From assembly GCF_009914755.1 (NCBI RefSeq), contig NC_060926.1: 64,000 nucleotides of DNA, one strand, 5' to 3'. Origin of the DNA: the human T2T-CHM13v2.0 reference genome, Homo sapiens. The notes below the pieces were generated by a model, which saw nothing but the letters and a program-made list of their open reading frames with translations, was not told where the DNA came from and ran no database searches. Position numbers and translations under genes: made by a program. Below, piece by piece: positions 40,358 through 54,168 of this stretch; positions within the stretch are counted from its first letter, which is position 1, and each line of letters begins with the position of its first letter.

Positions 40358-41059
40358 CTGGACAGAAAAGCAAACAGAATGTCAGCATCTGTAAGTGATT
40401 CCTCAACTGCTGGGATTGTTTTGTTCTTTTCCAGACAGAAGTTGAAGGAATCCCTCATAGCACATACTGCTTTAGGAAATCACATTGGCAAAGTGTCACA
40501 CTGTGTGTAGCATGAGATCATTGGACTCTGCACTAATTATTCACCTACATCTGGTTTTGACACATATTGAAGAGAGGAATATTGAAAGACTGGATCCAGA
40601 GAAAAACAAATAAAGGTTCTGGAAACCATGGTATGTGAGGACCAACTAGAGACAATGAAGTTGTTCATTCTCATGAAAGGAATGTCAAGAGAAGACCTGG
40701 TGGTCAGCTTTAGAAATTTTAGGGTTGTTATTTTAAAAGGGAGCTCATTTATTCTTATGTTTCTGGAGGATAATAACCTCCCCCACATGCAAAACTAGGA
40801 AAACCAAGTAGAAGTTTTAGGGGAATAGATGGTGAGCTCTACCATCCCCTAAATAGAGAAGAATGTTATGTCCTTTAAAATTGTCCTACATTTGAAAAGG
40901 CCAACTGAAGAGGTAAAGAACCATCCTTATGGGATATGTTCCAGTAGGGGATTTGTGAGAAATGGGCCTAAATAAATTGTCAAGGCACCATCCTACTCTT
41001 AAAGTCTATAATTTTATTGTCAGGTCCGAATTTCACATCCCAGCAAAGACCCTACTTAC

Positions 41060-41164
41060 GTCACTTATATTGTAAGCATTGCACTTGGCCTGGAGAAACT
41101 GAGGAAGATCAGGACTCATGGTGTATTTATGTTTCACATCTTCTCCTTTAGCCTTGTATAAGAT
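41060..41164 (-). CDS. NEB: Nebulin exon 35 (105 nt)
   Basis: [14 protein letters not shown]...AYNISD; AG/GT boundaries. Confidence 0.96.
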
Positions 41165-42059
41165 CTGCAATAAAATGCATTTCACATAGTGCAAAAAGGA
41201 AAATCTATTAATTGTTTGCTTTAAAGAGTTATTTTTAGCACAATCACCCATGATTTTCTAGTGTTAAAAATCATCAAAGGCATTTTCCTATTTTTTTAAA
41301 TAAAACAAGCATCTTATTATCTTTAATACCAACAAGTCTTGTGTGTTAAAATAGAAGGAGAAAAAATCCTTAAGAAAATAGAAATTGTTCACTGCCCAAG
41401 ATGAATGGAAGGTAAATTCAACCATGAAACCCTAGCAAGAATAATAGAATTCACCAAAGCCAAATCAATTTATTATTTGCCTGTGAGTTAATAGCTCTTC
41501 CATTTTTGTTAGTTTCTATTTTTTTATCCCTAGAGAGAAAGTAGTAGTTAGAATAAGTTTTTCACTTCTGCTAAAAACTTTCCAAATTATAATTGTATCA
41601 GTGAAAGCATACAATAATTTCCTCATAATGTAGAGGTGCTTATACATGAATCTAGCATACTCAAAAGGCTCACTATTTCATATTTGCCCTATGTTGTTAC
41701 TTTAAAGAATTATATACACTTTTGACTGAAAGATGTCAAAGTATGTGATGCAGAAATCTTACTGCATCCTCCTCCTGGTATTAGAAATATATTACTTAGT
41801 TCCTAAAACTAAAATAGAGCCAGAATCACAAGTAGATTTTCAATCTCATAATTCTCATTTCTCATATATATCCTTATTTCCAAGGCATGACTATATGGAA
41901 TATGACATGTAAACTGGTATGCATGTACCCAAGATAAAATCTGACATGGCTAATAGCTAAATTAATCCCCAAATAATAAATAATTTCTTCTAGGACCCAA
42001 AGAGTTACCTCTAAGTCCTCATTGCCTTTAAGAACAATATCTAAGCAATGACAGATTCA

Positions 42060-42730
42060 TGAATTCGACCTTCTACACAGCTCCTTCTCTGCCATTGCTA
42101 CTGCCTTAGCTTCAGTCCAATTAAGCCTTCCTTGGATTTCGGTGACAGCCTTCTAATTCATCTTCTCACCTCCAGTCTCTCCTCTTTCCAAAGTCTCCAC
42201 ACTTGGGGCCAGCATTGTCTTTTAAAACACAAGCCTGATAATGCGGCTCCATCGATTAAACATATTCAACATCTCTTCTTACCTACCCCCTAATATCCAG
42301 ACTCTAAAAATTAGCATACGAGTCCCTTACTAATCAGGTTACAATCCTGAACCTTTTGCTTTTACACTTTTTCATTCCTTTCCTACTGCTGTTATATTGT
42401 TCATTCCTTTTCTACTGCTGTTATATTGTTCCTTTTGCCAGGAATGCTCACTTCTCTCACTTGCCTGGGAAACTCTGGTAGGCAGTTACCTGTGTACAAG
42501 GCACCTCCCTTGTATTTAACATTTTCCTCTCCTGCGGCATTTGTCTCTCTGGATGACAATGCTCTGTTTGTAGCCATGTCTTTGTCTTATGCTCTTACCC
42601 TACATTCTTGTGAATTTCTATATCCCATGAATCCTCATCTATTTCATCTTTATGCCATCAGCAGGTAATACAGTGCCTGGCACATGGTAAATGTTCAAAA
42701 AGCATTCATTAAATAAATAAACGAGTGAAT
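42060..42730 (-). mobile_element. L2 fragment
   Basis: Pyrimidine-rich L2-like text ending acagtgcctggcacatggtaaatgttcaaaaa...aataaataaacgagtgaat; strand and limits approximate. Confidence 0.55.
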
Positions 42731-43337
42731 GCTTTTGATCTTCTGTATACCAAACTTTCCTTTAGAAACTTTGACTTTAGCCAGAGCATAGACGCTGCTC
42801 ATGGACAGGCAGGCAAACGATACACACCTCAATCAGATGTAAGTTAAAAAGTCTCTGTGATAATTGTGTATGCTGAATTCTTAGGAGCAAAAACATATAT
42901 TCATATGTATTACTTCTCTGTATTAATGTCTTATATATGAAAAGAAAATATGAGAAACTTAACATAGAATTGAATACAACAAATCTGCCACAATAAAGTG
43001 TCTGGGATTTAAGCTTAAATTCTGTGTATGTATGTGTTTGCATGTGTATGTGTGTAGTCCTAGAATAGAATTTTTTCACCATGTCAAGTTTATTCAATAA
43101 CACAATATTTCAAAGACAGTTAAAAAGGAAAAGTTTTTAAAAAGGAAGATAAAAAGCAAGAGAGAAGAAAATGTTAGTGCCCAAACTACACATAACTGTA
43201 ATTTTTAAAAAATTAAATAAACAAAATAATTTAAAATGGAAAGATATTGGCCCAGAAAAAAAATATATTGGGCTGCTGTTTACTTTTCTAAAAAGCTTCC
43301 TCCATATCCTCTGTCCTCTCTATTTTATTGTACTCAC

Positions 43338-43544
43338 ATCACTGACTTGCTTCGTGTTCTGTTTTGCCTGGACCATAACTGGGGAGTCCACAATGCTGGT
43401 AAATTTGAGGGTGTCTGGATGTTGCCTGTACTTCTTTTCATTCAGAGCATCACCGGCCTTTTTAACTTTTTCGACGTCGAGACTGCCAATAGGAATCCAG
43501 CCAATGCCTTTCATCCAGTTGTTGTAGTCTTCCTTGTAGACGTT
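43338..43544 (-). CDS. NEB: Nebulin exon 34 (207 nt)
   Basis: [16 protein letters not shown]...KQVSD; AG/GT boundaries. Confidence 0.96.
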
Positions 43545-43648
43545 CTACAGCAATGGAGAAAAGAGGAGTGAGGGCCTAGGACAGGGTTCTTTTCATGGCA
43601 GGCTCTGAACTTAATAGGGGGGTTTCTTGAGAAGTAAATGACACTTAC

Positions 43649-43960
43649 ATCACTCTGTATCTGCATCATGTTCTTAGACAGCTCCAGGTCCATGGCGTCA
43701 GGCAAGTAGGTGTAATGATGGAGAGAATGCTTATAGTTGACATTGCTGACCACATCCTGGGCTTTCTTAGCCGCCACGACATTGAACATATCATGGGGCG
43801 TGTTGTATTTGGACTTTGTCTTCTCATAGTCTTTTTTATACTCCCGATCTGATTGTATCTTGGCCACGTTCATATAATGAACCAGTTTAGGGTCATCTTG
43901 AAGACTTTGGAAGCCAACCATTTTCCCTTTAGCCTTTTCATAGTCTTTTTTGTACTGAAC
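43649..43960 (-). CDS. NEB: Nebulin exon 33 (312 nt)
   Basis: [16 protein letters not shown]...MQIQSD; AG/GT boundaries. Confidence 0.96.
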
Positions 43961-45493
43961 CTATTGTAAACAAAGGTGGGCATAATTTAAAATGTAGTTT
44001 TGAGGGCTTTACTAAACAATGAGGCCATGATTTGAAGTAATTGAGCTTCCCAAAAATTACTGTACTTCAATAACCAAACAATTAACAATTCACTTGCATA
44101 TGCTCTGAAATGTAGCCTGCTTAAAATAAAAATGTTATGTATTATGGAACCCATTTGATTGTCTATAGCTGTTTCTGCCTATCCAAGTGAGGTTGAGATG
44201 GGGCATTACCATAATTTGTATCAGTGACAAAACAGATCTTTATATTCTTCCTTTGCATTTAGACATTGGTAGAGAAAAATGAAAAGATAAATATGTCACA
44301 ATCTCTACCAATTACATTGTGCTACTAGAGTACAAGTAGCTGGATATTTAATTAGTTTTAGAATTTTTAGTAGTAGTGGTAGGATGTTAATATCAATGAT
44401 AGTAGAATTTAATAAGTCCTTGGATATTCAAAGGGAGACCCAGAGCCAGGAGGGGGTAAACACTAACTGGCTCTGGATAACAAAGTGAGGGGGACTGAGC
44501 TTCCTCAGAGATATGTGGAGGGCACTGTGGGACACTGAGAAGCAGAGACATGAGGGAAGGTTCGTGGAAAGTTGGGGCAGGGGCAGCTGGAGGAAAGTAC
44601 CCACAGAGAAAGGGGGTGGGTGAGAACTTCGGGTGGGACAGGGGCATTTCAGAACGAGGACATTTGTTATTCAATCATCACATATTTACACTGGTGCGAT
44701 GTAAACCTAATTTCAAACAATCAGTAAAGTGGTGTTTGGGACTCTGGGAAGTCAAAAGGAAGGGGCTGTGTTTCATTTCTGGGTCATACAGAGCAGCAAG
44801 AGGAGACCCGCAGGAGGAGGGCGCAGATGAGCTCAAGCCAGCCAGGAGCCAGAGGTAAGCAGAGAAACAAAAACCTCGGAGACTCCACAGAAATCATGGG
44901 GAGGGGGATTCCACTCCCTATAGAATAACAGATGGGGGCTTGAGCCAATTTTATTTAAATCTCAAAGAGCAAAATGACTTCAGTTCACATCTTGGTTAAA
45001 GATAAATAGGATAAGAAATAAAATTCTTAACTGTAATAGAACCCAAAGACTGGCTATTACAGGTGGTGAAATTGAGGCCTATTCACCTGTCTACAGAAGT
45101 AACGAAGGAAAAAGGGAGAGGAAAGGGGAAGAAGGAAATCATATAAATTAATAAAGTTTTGAGATAACATTTTACCATCAGGAGGCTATTATGACTTAAA
45201 TGGTAAGTCACTTCTGGATCTCCACAAGAGAAGTAATGTGAGTTAGTGTAGAACTATACATGAGAATTTTAAATGAGGGGGCTTGATTAGAACTGATCAG
45301 TAGAAGGTTATACAAATCTTTTCCCTCCAGAAAATTTAAATCTATTTAGGGAACTTTATTTCCTAAATAGTTTTCAATCAGATTTGCTTCCAATTGGGGA
45401 CTGCATGCATGGAGACTTTTGGGTCATCGTCAGACCCCAAGCCCACCCACCCACATTTTCTAGTTGCCCATGTATGACCACAGCTGGACTTAC

Positions 45494-45601
45494 GTCACTC
45501 GCCGCCTGCCTGGCAGCTTTGGCAGCTCTGATGGGAATCGCATCAGTTCTCAGGTCATATCCCTTCTTGCTCAAGTCTTTCAAGTCTGCTTTGTACATAT
45601 T
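45494..45601 (-). CDS. NEB: Nebulin exon 32 (108 nt)
   Basis: NMYKADLKDLSKKGYDL...QAASD; AG/GT boundaries. Confidence 0.96.
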
Positions 45602-45690
45602 CTGAAAGAAAAATGTCATTTAAGTACAACTTAGAGACTGTGTTAGTAAAGTCTGGACATACGCATCAGCCCGTGAGTCCACCCACGCAC

Positions 45691-45795
45691 CTCACTGATA
45701 TTGTAGGCATTAACTTTAGCCTGGATGAACTGGGGCAGGTCTGGTGGCAGGTTGTATTTGTGAATAATTTCCTCTCCTTTGGCTTTGTAAGCGAT
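45691..45795 (-). CDS. NEB: Nebulin exon 31 (105 nt)
   Basis: [16 protein letters not shown]...AYNISE; GTGCGT donor. Confidence 0.95.
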
Positions 45796-46501
45796 CTGAA
45801 AGAGAAAAAAATGCATAAACAAACAAATAAAGTAGAAAGAAAATTTAATGGCACCAGAAAATAATTTCCTAATGGATCATATTTCACAGAGGTGGTTTTA
45901 GGAAGGACACTCTTTGTGCATTTGCATATTCATGTGCAAATATCTGTAGGCATTCAAGGTCACACATGCAGTTGCTTAGGATACTGTCTCAGTGCTTATT
46001 CAGTTTTGCAAAGATCCCTTGGAACTTGCAGTAGGAACCTCTGGGCCTAGCTCAGGAAAGTGTAATAGGGTGGAATACACCAACCACCTATATTATATTT
46101 TGTGGGCAATTAAAAGGACTTAGGGATGGTTTTGATTATATATGATTTTTTTTTTTTTGCACTGACTTAAAATATAACTGCTCCCCATTTGATATACTCA
46201 TTCTTTCTGGTCTTTCCTAGAAAAAGGCTTGTAGTTTTTGTTGTCATTAAGAGAAGTCCCTCTTACCTTTTCCTTAGAAAGAAATGTCAAATGGCTAAAA
46301 GGACAGTCAGCACAATATACATTACTGTAAATATATGAATTAGGCATGCTTTATTAATGAACAGCTGGGGAATTCTACAGATGCTTGTGTAATTGGGTCT
46401 CTTCATATTGTATAATAACTAGAGGTGATCAGTACATTTGAAATACAAATGTATTTGTATTAGTTAACATCTATTAACATATAGATAGCATTAACACTTA
46501 C

Positions 46502-46600
46502 ATCACTCCTCTGGGCCTGGTTAATTTTAGACTGTACTGTAATTGGAGCATCTTCAATCGAGGTAAACTTGAGGGTGTCTGGATGTTGGCGATATTTTTT
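46502..46600 (-). CDS. NEB: Nebulin exon 30 (99 nt)
   Basis: [33 protein letters not shown]; AG/GT boundaries. Confidence 0.95.
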
Positions 46601-47654
46601 CTGTTTGGTAAATCAAAAAGAGAAAAACAATCTTGTTTTCCACTGAAGATTAATACGTCAAAATCCTTGAAATTTATTTTGAAGCGAAAAGGAAGAGTTT
46701 TTCATGATTTTAAAATGCAAAAACACTAGATTCTTGATTGGCTTGATGAATGCAATACAAAAGTCAATATCTTTAAAAATCCATTTAATTGTGGATAGTT
46801 TGGGACAGCACAGACACATATACTGCTCTCAGGAACCAGACAGACTCCTTTCTTAATTTCTTGCCTATGACATGAAACAAGACACCCTCAGCTAAGCAGA
46901 ATCTGGAAACATCACAGAGTTTTCTAAAGGTTTAACAGAAAAGCAAGCAAGGAGATTGGAGTGCCTTTGCATGGCACAAACAAGTTCTCTTTTTCCCTGT
47001 TACTCCATCAGCAAATGGCATCAAGAAGCTGTCCGGTTGAGGAAGGAGGAATTGAGGAACTAGGCCAACAGCTAGGAATTATTAAGAGAGACAGGACTTT
47101 TGCTCTGCAAGTCTTAATGTGGTTAGTACGTAAGTTATCACCAAAACGCTGAAGGGGCACTGCAGAGGAGACCCTGGGTAGGTGTGCCCACTAGGAGCTG
47201 GCAACTTCTAGCTACCTTATTCCTGTACGCGTCTCTATTTATTTTCCCAGTCCTCTTCCTTTGTGCATGTTGTACATCCCAGTTAGCATCATCACTCTTT
47301 CGGCTTCAGACTTCTAAAAACCACTAACCCAGAACTTTCTTCTGGAAGATCTTTGAGCAGACAAAATGGTTTTCATCGAAAACAAAACACCGAACAAGAA
47401 GTAAAACTTGAGCGTGGAAGACAACCCTCATACCACACCTCTGTCCTTTGTGTAGTCTGCCCTCCTTGAGGATGTACTCACCTGACAGCAGTGAGACTCT
47501 TCAACTGTCACAGGGGAGGGACAGATAATCTTGCTGCCTTATGAGCCTCAAGATCATCACTATTTTTTCTTACACTGAATTATAATTTATACATTACTTC
47601 AAAGCCAACCAGAATATGACATATGGAATAATTCTTCAAAGACGATTTCTATAA

Positions 47655-48145
47655 TAACTGCATTATTCATAATCACAAAAAAATAGAAACCATCCACATA
47701 TCCCCCAACCGGTGAAGCAATAATAACAATGTGGTGTGTATTATGCTGGGGCAAAAGTAACTGTGGTTCTTGCCATTACTTTTAATGTCAAAACTGCAAT
47801 TACTTTTGTACCAACCTAATAAATCCATACAAAAGATTTACTTAATAATTTTTAAAAACCAAATTACAAGCAGAAACATTACATGAAGTGAAAGAAGCCA
47901 GATACAAAATAAATTTCTAGAAAAGATAAAACTTTAGAGACAGAATGCAAATCAGTGGTTGCCTGGGGCTGAAGATGAGAGCTGAAATTTTGGGGGGAAA
48001 CTTTTTGGGGTATTGCAGCATTTTAAAATTCAATTGCAGTGATGACTGCACAATTATATGAATTTATTAAAACTTGTCAAAGTGTACACTTAATGTGAGT
48101 TACTTTTATTGTATGCAAGTTATACCTTAATAAAATTGTTAAAAA
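47655..48145 (+). mobile_element. Old L1M 3' fragment (interrupted by MADE1)
   Basis: gtgaaagaagccagatacaaa...aatcagtggttgcctgggg...aagttataccttaataaa. Confidence 0.7.
47741..47819. mobile_element. MADE1 mariner-derived MITE
   Basis: ~80-bp palindromic element gcaaaagtaa...ttacttttgtaccaacctaa, TA on both sides. Confidence 0.9.
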
Positions 48146-48433
48146 TATTTCTATAATGAATGGCTAACATAAATGAATGGTTAACGTAAATGGTTAACAA
48201 GTTATACCTTAATAAAATTGTTAAAAATATTTCTGTAAGGAATGGTTAACATAAATGATTTTGGTAATATAAAGGTTTGTGCTGGTCTCCCTGGGTAATT
48301 TGTGCACGTGGTAAGCTCTTTTCCTCAGCAACAGTGACTGAGAATGAAGCAATGAAGGAGCACTGCCCATGCTTTTGAGAGCTTTAACACAACACAGTCA
48401 CCACTCTCCCTCTGACACACCCAGTGGCTTTAC

Positions 48434-48541
48434 CTCATTGAGGATGTCTGAAGCTCGCTTTGCCTTTTCCATTTCTAAGGACCCAAAAGGCACCCAGCCA
48501 CAACCTTTCATCCAGCTATTGTAGTCAGCTTTGTATTCAAC
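48434..48541 (-). CDS. NEB: Nebulin exon 29 (108 nt)
   Basis: [36 protein letters not shown]; AG/GT boundaries. Confidence 0.95.
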
Positions 48542-49374
48542 CTAAAACACCAAGAGAAAGGTTACATTTCTTTGCTGTGTCATCCTCATTATGTAAAATC
48601 ATCAAAGTTTTACCCAAAACAATGTTTTTGAGATTTCTGACCAGCTTCCTTACTCCAGACATTAAGGTTATTTTATATATTTCTTTGGTGAGATATAGTA
48701 ACAGCTCTTCGATTTTTGCTTTCCTTCTAACTGGCGTTATGTTCCATTTCATCCTTATTTCCAACTTAATGGAAGTCTGTGGTACTCTAATTCCAACCTG
48801 GAAAATGCTCGAGTCAAAGCTGCACTTCAAAGAGTAAGTGAAATTGTCAGTTAACCAAATGTGAGACGTTTGTTCCCTGGAACTTTAAGTATTATGTTTC
48901 TATCAAATTAAAATAGAAGGCCACATTGAAGGTGGGTTATTTGCTCATTTTCTAATTTCCTAATTGTATAAGACTTAATAGAACTATTCGTACTAAGTAT
49001 TTGCACACATGGCCCTTCATGTGTACTGGTCAACTTTGGAGTGTTTCTACATTGGCTAACAAAACACTTTAAAACAGTTGCACTCGTTAATTTGCATAAG
49101 AGGGCGGTTATTATTTGGAATTGGTCCTAGTTGAGGCACAGTTACTTGACGCTATTAAAATGCTACTCTTATTGTCTGACCATAGGTGGTACCAAAAATT
49201 TACGTTTTAGATACAAAATTCAAACTGTTGTTTTTTACTCTGGGCATTTTAAGTAGAATGGAAAATCAAGAAAGCATTTAGTTCCTGCCTGTCAGAGGCT
49301 TATGATCTATTTGAGATGAAAAAACATAACAAAATCAAACTAATAACAAGTAGAATAACAATGTATAATATAGA

Positions 49375-50012
49375 ATTGTTAGTGGTAGGAATGTAAAATT
49401 TTGCAGCTGCTGCAGAAAACAGTATGGTGGTTCCTCTACAAATAAAAAATAGAGCTACCATGTGATCCAACTATTCAACTTCGGGTTTATACCCAAAAGA
49501 ATCGAAAGCAGGATCTCAAAGAGATATTCACATGCCCATATTCATAGCAGCATTATTCAAAATAGCTTAAAGGTGGAAGCAACCCAAATGTCTACCAACA
49601 GATGAATGGGTGAATAAAATATGGCATATCGATACAATAGAATATTATTCACCCTTAAAAATGAAGGAAATTCTGATACATGCTACAACATGGGTGGACC
49701 TTGAGGACATTTTGCTAAGTGAAATAAGCCAATCACAAAGAGACAAATACTGTATGACTTTACATATATGAGGTATCTAGGGTTAGTCAAACTTAGAAAC
49801 AAAGCGTAGATTGGTGGTTGCCACAAGCTAGGGGAAGAAGGAAAATGGGAGTTGCTGTTTAATGAATACAGAATTTCAGTCTGGGAAGATGAAAAGGCTC
49901 TGCAGATTGGTTGTACAACAATGTTAATATACTTAACACCACTGAACTGTACACTTGAAAATTGCAAAGGTGGTAAATTTATGTTATATGTATTTTGTCA
50001 CATTTTAAAAAA
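49375..50012 (+). mobile_element. L1MA/MB 3' end
   Basis: aaacagtatggtggttcctc...gctaagtgaaataagccaatcacaaag...actgaactgtacacttgaaaa. Confidence 0.88.
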
Positions 50013-50189
50013 TAGAATTGTTAGGATGAAGTATTCAGTTGTGTGGTTTGGACAAATGAATTTGCTTAAAGAAGTTCTGATCTGCAGAAAAAAACGTTAT
50101 AAATATTTATGTTAAATCATATATTTTCTTTTCAGATAGTAATCTATGTAAAAATCATTGATAATGATGAATGTGATGATTATGATAAT

Positions 50190-50390
50190 AGCGATGATAA
50201 ATACTGAATGTTTATTGAGAACTCACCAGGGCCTGGCACCATGCTAAGTATTTTGCATGCATTTACATCCTCCAAACAATGTTTTTGATTTATTTCCATT
50301 TTACAGAGGAGGACTCTAAACTTAGCAAGGTTGACATATTTCCCAGAGGGAAACAGTGATAGGGTGCAAGCCAGATCAGTTCTTCCTAAC
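50190..50390 (-). mobile_element. MIR
   Basis: tttattgagaactcacc...ccattttacagaggagga. Confidence 0.6.
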
Positions 50391-50549
50391 CTTGAAGGGC
50401 ATGCTCTTATAGAACCACAAGGGTCGTTTGCTTACATACATAGGACAATGCAGATACCTCTAAGAAGTGCAAAAACCTCACTCAACTTCAAAGTCCATTT
50501 CAGTTTCCATCTTTTTAAAAGAGGGGCTACAGAAACCCTGGTTACTCAC

Positions 50550-50747
50550 ATCGCTCTGCAGCGCATATGCCTTCTTGGCAAGGTCCACATTGATGCTATC
50601 AGGGGGGTAGCTGTAACTGTGTAAGATGTGCTTATAATCAACGTCGCTGGCAATTGCCTGAGATTTCTTAGCTTGAGTGACTTGGAGCATATCAAGAGGT
50701 GCCGTGTAGATAGTTTTTGACTTTTCATAATCTTTTCGATATTCGCG
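50550..50747 (-). CDS. NEB: Nebulin exon 28 (198 nt)
   Basis: [14 protein letters not shown]...AYALQSD; AG/GT boundaries. Confidence 0.96.
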
Positions 50748-53190
50748 CTGTGAATAGGAAATTATCATTTATTATCACAAATCCTCGATGGATTTCCAGA
50801 AAAGACAGAGATCTTTCATAAACAATAAATACAAGTTAGAGAAAGAGTCAAACATCTGAGTAGTTATTTTGCCCAAAAATGTGTTCATATGTTACATACC
50901 ATTGAAATTCCCCCAAAAAGCACGCATGGGCAGACCTTCTCAAATCAATGAGAAACTGTCTGGGTCACAGCAGACAGCGGGCCACAGCTTCTGCTTCAGT
51001 CAGGAACAGGAATGATTTTATTCTAAACCAGGGTTTCTCAAGGACCACTAACAAGTGTTACTATTATTCATGTAATTTAACCTATGAAGAGTTTTCAGTA
51101 AAGAAGCATTTTTTAATTGTAATGAAAACCATATGACAATTGGATTTTAATAAAATGACTACTTCATACACAGGGCTGTAGACTTAGTTTATTGGCTGTA
51201 TAGAGTCATTTTTGAATGGATAGTCAACTGGTTTTTTAACCTGTTATTGACAGGAGATAACCCCACTGAGAATCTCAAAGGTTGTTTTCATATCAAGTTC
51301 AATTGGGGCAACAATTTAAAAGAAGCTTCAGATTGCAGCAGTTAAAAGACTTCACAGGAGAAAAGTTTGAGAAACTGAGCCATTAAAATAACGTTGGCCC
51401 TTCCGTACAGCATTATAAACCAAATGTCCTGGCTGGGCCTCAAGGACTCCCTTCATTGTCTGGTTTTCTGGAATGGTTAGACAAGGTGCTAGTTGGGTCA
51501 AATTCCCAGCTTCATTGTATCCACTCACCAATTACTTTGACAGAAAAATGTTGACCCACTGCCTTTCAGAAAACTCTAAACTCATCCTAGTTTCCCATGG
51601 TCACATATGTGTTAGAGACGGTGACCCAAGCTGGCAAGTACAGATGTGCACTACAAATCTTCTGTAACAATTCCTTTTGCAAATGATCTGATCTTTTGGC
51701 TTTCTAAGGGAACTTGATCTTCCTTCTCATATTTTGTGGGTGATCATTTTCACTGAATACATTTATTATTTAACTATAAAATTGAGACCCTGGTTTATAA
51801 AAATAAAGTATGCAAACTTTGTGATAGTTTGCAACAACATTGAAAACAACAGTTTGTCTTCGTTAGAAATAAACTGATAAAGCAATATTGCAACAGCAAT
51901 AGGTGTGTGGAAGTATTTTTGAAGAAATTGTTGTTACTGTTTTGTTCATGTTCACACCAGCTGACACATACCAGTACATATAAAATGTTGTCAAAGATCC
52001 AAATGGCTTTAAAAGATTCTTTTTAAAAAGCCATTCATATTCTGTGTCTGCAGCTTAGCATTTTGCCTGGATATTATGTGAGAATGACTCATTTGCTATG
52101 TGTTTTGGTCATCTACATCAATCAATTAACAAATATTTATTAGGCATTTATTATGTGCCTACTGCTGGGTTCTGTGATAGGAATAAAAACAAAAGATAAA
52201 AATACACATGCTATCAATGGGGAGTTATATCCTTCTTGAGTTGAAAAGACTCAACTAGTGAACAAGATAGTAATATAAGTGAGCACTATATACTGACATA
52301 ATTCACTGTGAAGTTACTAGAGAAAATTACAGAATTAGAAGTTTTAAAGTGCTATGTAATGACAGAATAGATGCAAAATGAATTAAAGAGGTATGTATAG
52401 ATCATTATATAAAAGCATGGTTAAATCTAAATGATACAAATACCCTTCTCTTTCATCATTAAAAAAACTAGTATCTGCAAGCTACACTGAACATTCTCAG
52501 TACTCTTAAGGGATTCTCTAAACATTTTATACACAATATATACTATAATTTGCAGTAGTAGATGTTTGTCTCTCTGTAGTAAGAATTTTAACTGCAAAAT
52601 GTTACATGGCCCATAGATGAGCCTTAAGCAACCCATGAGTTCACCAAAATTCAGGCAAAAGGCATGAAAAGAAATGTTCATTTTCTAGATAGATGATTCA
52701 AATCTTTTATCAGAGTCTCAGGGGGGTTTATAATCAATGGAGTCTTTTTCTTGGATCTAGACCAAACTCATTACTAAAGTCAATGAAGAACGATACTCTA
52801 TTAAGATTTTTGTGACTCATAAATGTCTTCCAAAGTAAAGACAGTTTGAAAATTATCATTTTAAAAATTATTTTTCAATTAGAAGAAAATATGAAAATAT
52901 CTAGTGATGTTTTCCAAAAGGTTTTAAGAATACAATCAATATTCTATTAAATATTAATGCATACATTTTTCAAAGTGAAATGGACATCAAGTACAAATCA
53001 GTAATTTCTCCCCTCAAATGTGGGAGGCACAATAATCCAGGGCATCATTCTGAAGTTCTCTACAGCAGTACTTTTGTGAATGTGATGTGAAAGAGCCCAT
53101 GCTCATGAAATTCTTTTCCACACTACTACCCTTGGGCATCGTAACAGGGAGTCCATCTTGAAAACAAGACAGATTCACAAAGACACTCAC

Positions 53191-53304
53191 ATCACTCTGG
53201 TTTTTGGCTGTCTTCAAGGAGTGCAGCATCTTTGGATCGTCATTAATGCTGAGGGCTCCAATCATTTTCCCTTTGCTCTTTTCATAGTCTTTCTTGTACA
53301 TCAC
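53191..53304 (-). CDS. NEB: Nebulin exon 27 (114 nt)
   Basis: [38 protein letters not shown]; AG/GT boundaries. Confidence 0.96.
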
Positions 53305-53397
53305 CTGCAAAGACATCACACATGCCAGATCCCACTCACCAGGAAATGTCCCCAAGGCCACCCTGTCCAGGTCCCCAGGTCCCCAGGCCACACTCAC

Positions 53398-53505
53398 ATC
53401 GCTGGTGTTCTTGGTGTTGGCTTTGGCTGCCAACAGGGGAATGGCGTCCACTTTAATGTCAAACTTCTTGGCTTTGCTCTTCTCCCAGTCTTGCTTATAA
53501 ACATT
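53398..53505 (-). CDS. NEB: Nebulin exon 26 (108 nt)
   Basis: [36 protein letters not shown]; AG/GT boundaries. Confidence 0.96.
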
Positions 53506-54063
53506 CTGGACAAGAAAAATTCAGCAAAGGAATGATAAGAACAACAGTGTAATCCAGTAAAAAAATAAAAACATATTGAAAATTTGTGTATGTATAGACT
53601 TATTTCTCCTATAAAAACTATATTTATCAAATTGTAGTATAAGTATTGATTTATCTATCATCCAGTTTCTTTCTCCCTACCACTAAATAAGTATCAACTA
53701 CTCTTTTTAATGTTCTGTAAACTTTCTAAGCACTCTGCTGTCCTGATTTACATAAGGATGCTATAAAGTGACACTCACTTGGAGAAGGTGAAATGTGAAA
53801 TTTACATGGGAAAGATGTTGTAAAACTCCAGGGAATAGTAGACGGGTAATTGGAGATCTTCTGATAGTAACAGAGACCACAGAAAATGAAATCTGATAGA
53901 TAAGTAGGAGTCTTAAGAGCATTTTGGCCTTAAAAGCTCCACTTACAAAGTAACCATCTTAAAGTTGTTTATTTGCACAATTCCTTGTCTTGTCTTTTAA
54001 AATTTAAAACATTTTCTCTTTTCATGTACACCAAACATAGGCTTCTGTGGCTTTGGTACTTAC

Positions 54064-54168
54064 ATCACTCAGATTATAGGCATTGACTCTGTGTTGGATA
54101 AACTGTGGAGCATCTGCTGGTATATGGCACTTGAACTTCTCACCTTCATGTTTTGCTTTGTAATTCAG
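54064..54168 (-). CDS. NEB: Nebulin exon 25 (105 nt)
   Basis: LNYKAKHEGEKFKCHIPADAPQFIQHRVNAYNLSD; AG/GT boundaries. Confidence 0.96.

Noticed and set aside
44550-44862. 102-aa plus-strand ORF ending at a strong donor-like AGAG|GTAAGC
   Set aside because: Purine-rich, possibly an old LTR; no recognisable protein and no partner exon identified.
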